DNA of 39,459 nucleotides from a virus (IMGVR_UViG_3300031953_000057:1-39459); one strand, 5' to 3'. Counted from the first letter of the stretch, positions 16,201-24,128 are shown. Notes: generated by a model not told the origin, from the letters alone. Program-made: numbers and translations.

Positions 16201-16704
16201 CTAGCGGGAGAGCGGAACGTATGCGCCCCACTCGCTCGCTTTGTCGGCAAGAACTTGTGCGTCCCTTTGCCCGTAAGCAACGAGCACGGATGGCGCGCCT
16301 GAATTGGCTGCGGCTCGCGTGCCATCCGGGTAATGGAAATGAAGCCGACCGTGCAAGAAGAGAAGGCCGTCAGCCTTCCCCCACACCTCGCGGACAAAGC
16401 CGGCAGTTTCGGTGCGAGCGAATATCAGCGCCGTGCCTTCGCCGTGTTCGGCAAGTTTCGAGAGCCACGCCCACGCCGCAAACGAGTAGGGCGGGTTGAG
16501 CCATACGCGGCCGTTCCACTTAGCAGTGAGTCCGTCCTCTGGCAGTTCGATATGCCTGCTAGCGGTCGGCCACGGTCTAGGTGATGGTGCAGCGCAAGGG
16601 TCAAGGTCGAAAGCGCCAAGCCCTTCATTGATGTGCGGCGGGGTAAGCCAAGTCGTTGTTTCTGCTCGTGCCGACTGATGCGACCCCATTGACCTTGTGG
16701 ACAT
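16201..16704 (-). CDS. phage DNA N6-adenine methyltransferase
   Basis: WLTPP, FDLDPCA, DGL..W.GRVWLNPPY, LIFART, GRLHF. Confidence 0.9.
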   Translation of the reverse strand: MSTRSMGSHQSARAETTTWLTPPHINEGLGAFDLDPCAAPSPRPWPTASRHIELPEDGLTAKWNGRVWLNPPYSFAAWAWLSKLAEHGEGTALIFARTETAGFVREVWGKADGLLFLHGRLHFHYPDGTRAAANSGAPSVLVAYGQRDAQVLADKASEWGAYVPLSR

Positions 16705-16931
16705 GGATACTCCTTTGTTTCGAGTGCCCTATTGCCGATTCGCACGGCTCGCAGTCATCGCTGCGTTCGCTTTCGCTAGGGCTGCCCTTCAATGCCACGA
16801 GCAACAAAGACTCGAATTACGCAAACCATCAGGCCCAAACTTGTTTGCGACCTTTCACGTCGCACCTCCCCGCAAACGCGGGGGCACCATTCCCACCTTC
16901 AAACGCCGTGACGCAGGTGAGGCCGGTTCTT

Positions 16932-16949
16932 CTGTTGAGTTTTCAAGTA
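16932..16949 (-). promoter_or_regulatory. rrn boxA-like antitermination sequence
   Basis: TACTTGAAAACTCAACAG resembles actinobacterial rRNA-leader boxA (TTTGAGAACTCAA.AG). Confidence 0.65.
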
Positions 16950-17060
16950 GTGCCAGTTGCGTCCCGATAAACGCGGGAGCCAATCGGTGGAACGAGTGCT
17001 TGCCTGCCGTTTGAAGGCATGGCGAAGCTGACCCAATGAGGGCCGAGAGGGTGTTACGGG

Positions 17061-17369
17061 TTAGGGGGAAGGTGGTTCCGAGAAGGGTTCTCGCACGATG
17101 GGCGGGAAGAAGTTCGCTAGCCCCAGTTCGCGCTTGTCGTATTCGTGGGCGCGGATGAGAAGTTCTTCAGCGGTGAAGTTGAACCGCTGGCTCGTCTGGC
17201 CCTCGTAGATGAAGTCGCTCGCCCACACCGGAGCGGAACTAATCCGGTAGTCAGCGAAACCGCCCAGTAGATAAAGTTCCAGAGCGCCGTACTCAATCGC
17301 CGCTTCGATCAATATCTCCTCACTGATGCTCTTCATTACCAGCATCTGGTCGTAAAGATCGCGGCTCAT
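17061..17369 (-). CDS. hypothetical protein
   Basis: ATGA coupling with the excisionase. Confidence 0.7.
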   Translation of the reverse strand: MSRDLYDQMLVMKSISEEILIEAAIEYGALELYLLGGFADYRISSAPVWASDFIYEGQTSQRFNFTAEELLIRAHEYDKRELGLANFFPPIVREPFSEPPSP

Positions 17370-17584
17370 GCGCTCTGCCCCCTCGTTGCGGGGCGTTCGG
17401 TGATGCGGTCAATGTACGAGTCCAGTTCGGACTTGCGGTACTTGACGCGGCGACCCTCACCAACAGGTGTGATCTCTTTTTGTTCGCGCAGGGTGTCGAG
17501 TTCGCGGAGGGAGCCAGAGATGTAAAAGGCTGCAACCTCGCGAGTCATCAACGCGGGCGCAAATTCGATGCGCAGGTTGTTCAT
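17366..17584 (-). CDS. xis: excisionase (HTH_17-like)
   Basis: LMTREVAAFYI...G.GRRVKYRKSELDSYI; follows cro. Confidence 0.75.
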   Translation of the reverse strand: MNNLRIEFAPALMTREVAAFYISGSLRELDTLREQKEITPVGEGRRVKYRKSELDSYIDRITERPATRGQSA

Positions 17585-17805
17585 GCTGACGCCTCCGAAA
17601 ACCATGAGGCGGTTGTTACGTTTAGTGCCGAGCTGAGACGACGAAGCTCGGCGACGGACAAGTTTCCGTCGCCGAGTAATCTTCTTTCGAGTGTGGGATA
17701 TGCAATGCGAGCTTCGGCAGCTAGGCGCTGCTTACTGATCGCGCGTTCTTGGCGGAGGGCATCGACTCTTAGGCCGATGTCGTCTGCGTTTGTTTGAGTT
17801 GCCAT
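17581..17805 (-). CDS. cro: Cro-like XRE regulator, leaderless
   Basis: ISKQRLAAEARIAYPTLERRLLG HTH; ATG 6 nt after the -10. Confidence 0.85.
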   Translation of the reverse strand: MATQTNADDIGLRVDALRQERAISKQRLAAEARIAYPTLERRLLGDGNLSVAELRRLSSALNVTTASWFSEASA

Positions 17806-17811
17806 ACAGGG

Positions 17812-17903
17812 AGTATGGCTCCCCATTTGGGGAGTGTCAAGTCCAAAAGCAAACTTTCCCCAAATTGGCCAACTGTTGCCAAGCGGGGATTAGCGGGTAA
17901 CCT
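17812..17903. promoter_or_regulatory. immunity switch: lytic promoter, operator, repressor promoter
   Basis: - strand TTGACA(17835-40)-17-CATACT(17812-17); palindrome CTCCCCA-TT-TGGGGAG 17819-34 in the spacer; + strand TTGCCA(17876-81)-16-TAACCT(17898-903). Confidence 0.8.
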
Positions 17904-17910
17904 ATTTCGT

Positions 17911-18156
17911 GTGAAAGAAGAAATAGTCCGAGATCCGTACAACACGGCGGTCGCATCAGTATTGAATGATGCCTACAAGCGCCTGAATTCCCCAATGACC
18001 CGCCTGGTGCAAGCCACGGGGAAATCGAAAAACACAGTCCTGCGGTATCTAGCCGGTGAGCGCGATATTCGTGTTGTAGAGCTTAGGAAGCTCGCGAGGG
18101 CCTTGGAGCTGTCCCTTGGTGATGTTTTCACTGAGGCCGATCGACGCGTTGAGTAG
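17911..18156 (+). CDS. immunity repressor (81 aa, XRE HTH only, leaderless)
   Basis: MTRLVQATGKSKNTVLRYLAGERDI HTH; divergent from cro; no peptidase domain. Confidence 0.85.
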   Translation: MKEEIVRDPYNTAVASVLNDAYKRLNSPMTRLVQATGKSKNTVLRYLAGERDIRVVELRKLARALELSLGDVFTEADRRVE

Positions 18157-18258
18157 TTCAATGACTGGTATCCCCAGCGCCAACGCGAGACGCCGCACAT
18201 CCCCAATGCTCATTCCCTCGACTGGGCATTGACCCGAACCTTTATTTCTTCCCACCAC
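18049..18258 (-). CDS. putative antirepressor resembling the XRE C-terminal helices
   Basis: GGGAGG RBS 7 nt before GTG; MSIGDVRRLALALGIPVIELL aligns by eye with repressor IRVVELRKLARALELSLGDVF. Confidence 0.55.
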   Translation of the reverse strand: MVGRNKGSGQCPVEGMSIGDVRRLALALGIPVIELLNASIGLSENITKGQLQGPRELPKLYNTNIALTG

Positions 18259-18282
18259 TTTATTTCCTCCCGATTAACGGGG

Positions 18283-18305
18283 AGCCTACTCTCGTGCACA
18301 GACAT
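18283..18305 (-). promoter_or_regulatory. RecA-NDp/PafBC-type DNA-damage promoter
   Basis: aTGTCTGTG-cacgagag-TAGGCT versus consensus tTGTCRgtg-8nt-TAnnnT. Confidence 0.6.
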
Positions 18306-18409
18306 GAGGACGGCACAAATTGGGTCGTGGCGGGAATGCTGTACCACTTTGTTTGTGTAAACCGGGGACGCTCAGAACTGTCCCCCAAACAAGTCCCCAC
18401 AAAGGGGGA

Positions 18410-19627
18410 CTATTCGGCGCGGCGGTCAGACAGCTTCTGCATCGCATCAACAGCATCCTTCGAGGACACGTGCTGATAGTTTCCGGTCACACCTGGAGAC
18501 TTGTGGCCGACGACTTCACCAATGGTTCGATCGGGTACGCCGGCAGCCGTGAAGTCAGAGATCGCCGTGTGTCGTGCCCAGTGGGTTGTGACACCTTCGG
18601 CGGCAACTTGTGCATCAGCTAGTAGCGCTTTCCACTGTTGTTGGTCGTGGCGCGAATCTATAGGCATGCCGTCACTGTCGGGCCATAGAAGGCCGTAGGG
18701 GTTCGGGCGCAGCGATAGTTCGGCTAGGTGTTGTTCGAGCGCTGTGAGCAACGATTGGGGCAGCGGGAAGGTGCGTGCCTCGTTGGACTTCGGGGGCAGC
18801 AGTATGAACCGGCCTTTGAGGATGCGGTGTTCCATGCCATCGGGAATGATTAGTTGTTTCGTGGGGCATCGTCCGGCAGATTTTGCGCTGCACTCCCCCT
18901 CATGTCCGTGCTTGTAGTTCGCTTCGACCATGTTCCAGCGCACAGTGAACAGGCCAGCTTGGAGGTCTACGCTGTCGATGGTTGCGCCGAGCCGTTCACC
19001 TTGCCGAATACCTGCGTAGAGCGACACGAGCCACTTGGAGCCATCGGGACGACTCGCTGCGGCTTGGAGGATGCGCAGGGTTTCTTCAGGGCTTAGGGTG
19101 CCGCGTGTAGTCTTGCCAGCTTTGGGTCGGTGGATGTCTTTGGTTACGTTCGCGGTCACCAGACGTTCGAAGCGTGCGGCCTCGAACATGGATGACATTA
19201 CGTTATGCGCTTTGAGCTGTGACGCGGATGATAGCCCTTTGGCTTTCATTTTGTCGTAGATAGCCCGCAGGTCAGAGGGGCGCACTTCTTTGAGGTTCTT
19301 GCGTCCGATCGCGGGCAGTATCCAGTTGTTGGTGTACGAGCGGTACGTACGGAATGGTTGCGGCTTCATCTTGGGTTCGCAGATGTTCGCTAACCAGTAT
19401 TCGCTCCATGCGGCGACAGTCTTGTTGCCCAGTGGTGAGCCGGTGCTGTCGATCTCGGTTTGGAGTGCACGGAGCTTGTCTCGTGCTTTGGATTGTGAAC
19501 GCGAGCTGACACGCTTCTGTTTGCGGCCACCGTTGTCGTTTAGTCCGACATCAACGACACCTATCCAGAGGTCGCGTTTTTCGTCATGGTAGAGACCGCC
19601 TTCACCTGATTTACGGATACGTGGCAT
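18410..19627 (-). CDS. int: tyrosine integrase
   Basis: GIRQGE (R), PKS (K), HWARHT (HxxR), VGH, terminal Y; N-terminal GEGGLY arm-binding domain. Confidence 0.95.
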   Translation of the reverse strand: MPRIRKSGEGGLYHDEKRDLWIGVVDVGLNDNGGRKQKRVSSRSQSKARDKLRALQTEIDSTGSPLGNKTVAAWSEYWLANICEPKMKPQPFRTYRSYTNNWILPAIGRKNLKEVRPSDLRAIYDKMKAKGLSSASQLKAHNVMSSMFEAARFERLVTANVTKDIHRPKAGKTTRGTLSPEETLRILQAAASRPDGSKWLVSLYAGIRQGERLGATIDSVDLQAGLFTVRWNMVEANYKHGHEGECSAKSAGRCPTKQLIIPDGMEHRILKGRFILLPPKSNEARTFPLPQSLLTALEQHLAELSLRPNPYGLLWPDSDGMPIDSRHDQQQWKALLADAQVAAEGVTTHWARHTAISDFTAAGVPDRTIGEVVGHKSPGVTGNYQHVSSKDAVDAMQKLSDRRAE

Positions 19628-19678
19628 TCTCTACTCCTTCTGGTTGACAGATCGCGTCTTCACCTTTGCCGCGCATGG

Positions 19679-20257
19679 CTAGCCCTGTTCGTTGTTCGGC
19701 AGCCCCGCGTGAATAATGGTCTTGGGGTCGTTGAACACCTTGTGCCTCATTAGCGCGGTTGCGCTGTAGGTGCGCCCGATCAGCTTGGCCACTTCCGATA
19801 TGGGCCTAGATTCATCGGATACCACTTCCAGCTCCCACCCCGTCCACTCGAAACCGTGTCGGATCGCGGATGGTAGCGAGGCTTCTTGAAGCTTTTTCTG
19901 GCTCTGGGTGCGTGTCCGCTTTGCTTTCTCTGGGTTATTCCCGCGCCATCCCGAAGTGTATGAACGGAACCTTTCTGGCTCTCGCTCGTAACGCTCTTTG
20001 TGCTGTGCGGCAATCTTCTCGCGGTTGTTTGCGTACCGCGTCCGAGCCGCCTGACGCGCAGCTTCTGGGTCTGCGGCGTAGACGCGGCGAGCCGATGCGC
20101 GATTCCGCTCAGGGTTTGCCGCACGCCACGCCTGCCGCTGTGCCGACTTGCATGCCTTGCATACCGTCCGGTGTTTAGGGTGCTGGAAGAAAGCGTCCAG
20201 CGGCTTATCTAGGCCGCATTTGTTGCAGTGTGCTGTAGTCGTTTCGTCGCTTCTCAT
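19679..20257 (-). CDS. Zn-finger/coiled-coil protein with C-terminal Myb/HTH-like domain
   Basis: CNKC...CKAC, NPE repeats, WT..EL...ISEVAKLIGRTY; no HNH catalytic motif. Confidence 0.7.
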   Translation of the reverse strand: MRSDETTTAHCNKCGLDKPLDAFFQHPKHRTVCKACKSAQRQAWRAANPERNRASARRVYAADPEAARQAARTRYANNREKIAAQHKERYEREPERFRSYTSGWRGNNPEKAKRTRTQSQKKLQEASLPSAIRHGFEWTGWELEVVSDESRPISEVAKLIGRTYSATALMRHKVFNDPKTIIHAGLPNNEQG

Positions 20258-20436
20258 CGCGTGCCGCCCTCTTGCCCGGTCGGCGCGTCAACAGACTCCA
20301 AGCGATCTGCCAACCTGGAAACCAGACTTACGAAATCGACTGCATCTATAAAGTCTCCATCTACGGGCAATGGTGGCGCGGTCATGCTTCGCGCTTCCGC
20401 AACGAGTTCTGCAATGGTTTTGTCGTCTGCGCTCAT
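20254..20436 (-). CDS. 60-aa protein sharing modules with 8866..9426
   Basis: IAELVAEAR and RLADRLESVDAPT. Confidence 0.7.
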   Translation of the reverse strand: MSADDKTIAELVAEARSMTAPPLPVDGDFIDAVDFVSLVSRLADRLESVDAPTGQEGGTR

Positions 20437-20693
20437 CGTGTCCTGCTTTCTTGTCCTGCTATTGGGTTCGGGATTTTAGAGCGGGCAGACTCCACGCAAC
20501 GCTCACAAACCGGTTTGCTTCCGTTGCCGAACCATGTACGTGCACCGACAGCGGTGGCATTGCAAAGGGTTGTCACAGTTCCGATCCTGAGTAGGTGTCG
20601 GTTCCGTGATGCGTCCCAACTGAGTTCCTTTGAGCAGGAAACGTACTTGAAGCCTTCGGGGGCGGTAAAGCTGTCATCTGCCTTCATGGTCAC
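20433..20693 (-). CDS. Zn-binding hypothetical protein
   Basis: H...TLC...CERC; GAAGGA RBS. Confidence 0.65.
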   Translation of the reverse strand: MTMKADDSFTAPEGFKYVSCSKELSWDASRNRHLLRIGTVTTLCNATAVGARTWFGNGSKPVCERCVESARSKIPNPIAGQESRTR

Positions 20694-20839
20694 TGTCCTT
20701 CGTTTGTCATTTTCGGGTTCGGTGCGAGGGCGGGGTTCGGGTCCCCGCCATCTGCTCTGCCGTGAGCACTCCACGCCGCTTGGTTAATCACGCCGGTGTG
20801 GGTAGGTCTTCTATGGAATACGTGGTTGAATGAGTTCAT
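20690..20839 (-). CDS. 49-aa hypothetical protein (MNSFNHVFHRR...)
   Basis: AAGGA RBS; GTGA coupling. Confidence 0.5.
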   Translation of the reverse strand: MNSFNHVFHRRPTHTGVINQAAWSAHGRADGGDPNPALAPNPKMTNEGQ

Positions 20840-20921
20840 GTTCGTTCCTTGTCGATAGCTTGGGACGATCTGGCCTCGAAGTGTTAGCGCACTTCGGGGC
20901 CTTTCCTGTTTCCTCAGTGTA

Positions 20922-21168
20922 GGTTTACACAAAGGTTTACACAAGCGACCGCAAACGTATGTTTGCCACTGTTACACCGGATGTCTGCCAGTTCCGCTTG
21001 TTTCTGCGGATTATGGGGTGTTTATTGGTGCCCCTGGAGGGATTCGAACCCCCAACCTGCCCCTTAGGACGGAGTTGCTTGGGTGGTGATTCCCTGTCGT
21101 ACTTCCCTGTGTGTAGTTATAAAACTAGCATACTCTCCAGCGCTGGGTTTACACAATGGTTTACACAA
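20922..21168. mobile_element. attP: tRNA-Arg(CCT) 3'-half core flanked by paired arm-type repeats
   Basis: Core 21026-21079 (- strand ...TCCTAAGGGGCAGGTTGGGGGTTCGAATCCCTCCAGGGGCACCA); GGTTTACACAA at 20922, 20934, 21146, 21158. Confidence 0.85.
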
Positions 21169-21201
21169 GTGCTCGAACCCAGCAAACTATTGGGCCAACA
21201 C

Positions 21202-21250
21202 AAAAAAGCCCCCACGCTTCAACTCGCGAAGAGGAGAAGCGCAGGGGCTT
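21202..21250 (-). terminator. late-operon terminator
   Basis: AAGCCCC...GGGGCTT stem then T-tract. Confidence 0.75.
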
Positions 21251-21306
21251 AGTTGTTGCATCCATGTTTATGTGGGTGCGTGTGTTCACAAAAACGTGAA
21301 CGTCAG

Positions 21307-21375
21307 TTATTCGCATCCCTCGCAGATATTGAAATCTGCGGGATCGACAGGTACCTCATATTCGGGCCCGCTCAT
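21307..21375 (-). CDS. 22-aa acidic CxxC peptide (MSGPEYEVPVDPADFNICEGCE)
   Basis: ATGA coupling to the holin; GAGGTG RBS. Confidence 0.6.
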   Translation of the reverse strand: MSGPEYEVPVDPADFNICEGCE

Positions 21376-21584
21376 TCAGACACCTCGGAGCCGCCACGGA
21401 ATGCGATCGACGTGAGCACAGACACGACAGCAGCAAGACCAGCTACGGATGCAAGCTGAATACCGTCGATGTCGAGCAGACCAGTCACGCCGGCTGTCAG
21501 TGTTGCAACAGCGGCTTGTGCGAAGGTTGCAACGGCACGGTCGAGAGTGTCGAGCCAGAATTGTTTGTCAGCGTACTTGGACAT
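21372..21584 (-). CDS. holin (r1t-like)
   Basis: FW..T.DRAV.TFAQA...VSVLTSIA; two hydrophobic segments. Confidence 0.9.
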   Translation of the reverse strand: MSKYADKQFWLDTLDRAVATFAQAAVATLTAGVTGLLDIDGIQLASVAGLAAVVSVLTSIAFRGGSEVSE

Positions 21585-21599
21585 GGTTTACCTCTTTCG

Positions 21600-21845
21600 T
21601 TATGGCATGAATAGTCGTGCTAGGTATGGGGATGCGGCAGCGAGTAGACCGAAGCCACCCACCGCAGCCCACATTCGGGTTTCGAGTGCTCGTAGTCGGC
21701 GTTCGTGGTCGGTTAGTTTCTGGTCGGTTGCTTCCGTGTGGGTGGGCAACTTTTCGGCCAGCATGGTTACTGTTTTGGTGAGCTCGCGGACTTCCTCATA
21801 AACCTTTGTGAGGGTGATTCGTGCGGCTGGCTCTTCTTCAGCCAC
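21600..21845 (-). CDS. lysis-module membrane protein
   Basis: Coiled coil DHERRLRALE plus C-terminal transmembrane segment. Confidence 0.75.
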   Translation of the reverse strand: MAEEEPAARITLTKVYEEVRELTKTVTMLAEKLPTHTEATDQKLTDHERRLRALETRMWAAVGGFGLLAAASPYLARLFMP

Positions 21846-21848
21846 GGG

Positions 21849-22574
21849 TTAGCTCTTCACATTGCGTCGGTAGTCGGCTGCTAGCTTGCGTGCGTTCTCT
21901 TGCACACGGATGTACTGGGCGCGCGTGAGACCCTTCCATGAGTCACCCTTCGAGGTTCCATAGACGGCGCCCCACGCTTGTGCTGTCAGGATGTCGAGGG
22001 TTACGCGGTAACCATCCTGTTTGGGGTCGTCTGGGCTGAGTCCGAGTGATGCGCCGACGATCATAAATTCTCGGTGGCCCTCAGTGCGGTGCAGGTAGCG
22101 GATGTCCATGTCGTTCTCTCTTTCGTCTGTGAGTGGTGCCTGATTGCCGGGGAAAGGCTTACTGCCGCCGCCTGCTGGTGCACTGCCAACGAGGGCTTCT
22201 AGGTATGGCAGCGGGTCAACGTAGTTGTTCCACCGTCCGCCTTTGCGGACACCAAAGTGGAGGTGTTTGCCGGTAGACATTCCGGTACTCGCCTGGTATC
22301 CGAGTGCTTGACCTGTGGCAACTTTCTGCCCCACTGTCACGAGGAGCCCTTTGCGGTTGTGGAGGTAGCGGTGGAAGTCGCCGTTGGTGGCAAGGATTTC
22401 CACAACCCACCCGCCACCTGTGAACTGGTAACCCGCTGTGACGACGGTGCCGCCGAGTACTGCATGGTTGATGTCGAAGTTGATCATGTCGAGGCCGTAG
22501 TGGCCGGGGTATCCCTGCCATAGGGCCGTGAAGTCGGGTTTCGTTTTTAGTCCGTTGGGCCACACGCCAGACAC
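21849..22574 (-). CDS. endolysin, M23 peptidase plus C-terminal domain
   Basis: HYGLD, YLH, TG.STG.HLHF, VDP.PYL. Confidence 0.9.
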   Translation of the reverse strand: MSGVWPNGLKTKPDFTALWQGYPGHYGLDMINFDINHAVLGGTVVTAGYQFTGGGWVVEILATNGDFHRYLHNRKGLLVTVGQKVATGQALGYQASTGMSTGKHLHFGVRKGGRWNNYVDPLPYLEALVGSAPAGGGSKPFPGNQAPLTDERENDMDIRYLHRTEGHREFMIVGASLGLSPDDPKQDGYRVTLDILTAQAWGAVYGTSKGDSWKGLTRAQYIRVQENARKLAADYRRNVKS

Positions 22575-22671
22575 GGTGCCTCCTTAAATGCGAAAGCCCC
22601 ACACGTGGTGGGGCAAAGGTTCGGGTTAGTAGCGTGCTTGGCGGTAGGGCGTCTAGTCATCGCGCCTGCCC

Positions 22672-23205
22672 CTAGTCCGCTGCGAGGAAGTGGGGCATAC
22701 TGCCAAACGAGAACGCCGAAATTGCACCCGCAGCCACAGTTCCAGGGATTGCCCCATCTAGCGGTATCGACGCCCGCACAGAACTGCCGTTTGATTCAGC
22801 CAAAAACACAAGTTGCATGTCAGGGACGAATCCTGCGGGGAGGGTGAACGCGGCTGCCGAACCAGATGATCTAGTGGCCCGACCTTGCAGGAAAACTACG
22901 CCGTCTTTCTTTCGGTACCTTGGCGTCTCGCTACCAATTGCCGTCCATCCGGCACCTAGCGTTGGTGTGATCCATCCGGTGTCGTCTCCTGCTGGCGCCC
23001 AACCCGTGCCCGCAAACCAGCTATATACGGCCCGCGTATCGATCAGGGATATTTGTCGCCCCGGCCAGTTTCCAGACGCAGGAAGCGCGGCAAGGTTCGC
23101 CCGAGTCTCCCCAATGAGTGGATCAAAGTGGGCATAGATTGCATCCATGTGAACCTGAGGATCGAACGTTGCGGGTGTTGCTGTGTAACCAGTGCGACCA
23201 GCCAT
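22672..23205 (-). CDS. minor tail/tail fiber protein
   Basis: DTGW...RYRKKDGVVFLQG...FTLPAGF.P. Confidence 0.75.
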   Translation of the reverse strand: MAGRTGYTATPATFDPQVHMDAIYAHFDPLIGETRANLAALPASGNWPGRQISLIDTRAVYSWFAGTGWAPAGDDTGWITPTLGAGWTAIGSETPRYRKKDGVVFLQGRATRSSGSAAAFTLPAGFVPDMQLVFLAESNGSSVRASIPLDGAIPGTVAAGAISAFSFGSMPHFLAAD

Positions 23206-23270
23206 AATTGCTCCTTAAATAGAAAAAGCCCCAAAAGGGGCAAAAGATGTTCGAGAGAAGAGGGGAAGGG

Positions 23271-24128
23271 TCACTTCCACTTGATGGTGATCGCGCCGGA
23301 ACTAGCTGACGACGCAAACGCCCGATAGCCGGTCTCCTTCTGAAAACCAACACCGTATGCAGCACCAGTTTTCAACGCATTAGCAACAGCCATGATCGAG
23401 AACGTGCCACCCGAATTGATCGACACAACACCCGAAATCACAGGCTCACCATTAGGCGACTTCCTGTTGTGCGAACCCAGCAGCGAGGCCACACCAATCT
23501 GGTCATAGGTTTGAATCAGCGTGATCGTGGCCGACGTGATCGTCGCACCATCAGGGATAGTGTCGGCAATCTGCGACCCATACCAATACATACCCGTGCG
23601 GAGACTATTGACCTCCACCTCGGGGCCACGGAACACACCAGACGCATACGAACCAGAAGCGGTAGGGAGGAACGTTTTAGACCCACCAGAGCTTGCGGGG
23701 GGCCCTGCCGGTGTCTCATACTCAGACGATGGCGGTTCGGCCGCATACCGTCCCAAAACTATCTGGCCTGCATGATCCAACCGCACACGATGACCCGCCG
23801 AAATGGTGTCACCGATGCGCACCGGGTAACGGTAAATTGTCCCATCGTCACCTGTGACCGTTGCCACCGATGATGCAACAGAAGAAACGGTACCGATCGC
23901 AGAACCATAAACGGACTGGCACAGGCGCGTCTCCCCCAACTTCAGGATACGAACCGTGTCACCCTTCCATGGGGCAGTACCCAACCACGGCATCGGAATA
24001 GTGACACCGCCAACATCAACCAACACCAGGCGGGAAGCAAACACATACCCCACACAGGTGCCCTCAAGTGACGCCGACAGCCCAGTCTTCACTTCACTAT
24101 CTACACGGGCAGAAGTTTCACCACTCAT
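23271..24128 (-). CDS. minor tail protein
   Basis: Position; OB-like N-terminus, GATITSATITL C-terminal domain. Confidence 0.75.
   Translation of the reverse strand: MSGETSARVDSEVKTGLSASLEGTCVGYVFASRLVLVDVGGVTIPMPWLGTAPWKGDTVRILKLGETRLCQSVYGSAIGTVSSVASSVATVTGDDGTIYRYPVRIGDTISAGHRVRLDHAGQIVLGRYAAEPPSSEYETPAGPPASSGGSKTFLPTASGSYASGVFRGPEVEVNSLRTGMYWYGSQIADTIPDGATITSATITLIQTYDQIGVASLLGSHNRKSPNGEPVISGVVSINSGGTFSIMAVANALKTGAAYGVGFQKETGYRAFASSASSGAITIKWK

Noticed and set aside
18364-18410. GTCCCC repeats as arm sites of a second attP
   Set aside because: They pair as two hairpins after the int stop, and no core sequence is evident
18294-18476. + strand 60-aa ORF preceded by GGGGAG
   Set aside because: Overlaps the int 3' end and hairpins with no recognisable motif; cannot be fully excluded
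19679-20257. Fourth HNH nuclease
   Set aside because: Has the HNH-associated Zn finger and NPE repeats but no DH...N catalytic motif
21026-21079. Apparent tRNA-Arg gene
   Set aside because: Only the anticodon-to-CCA half is present; arm repeats on both sides identify it as the attP core
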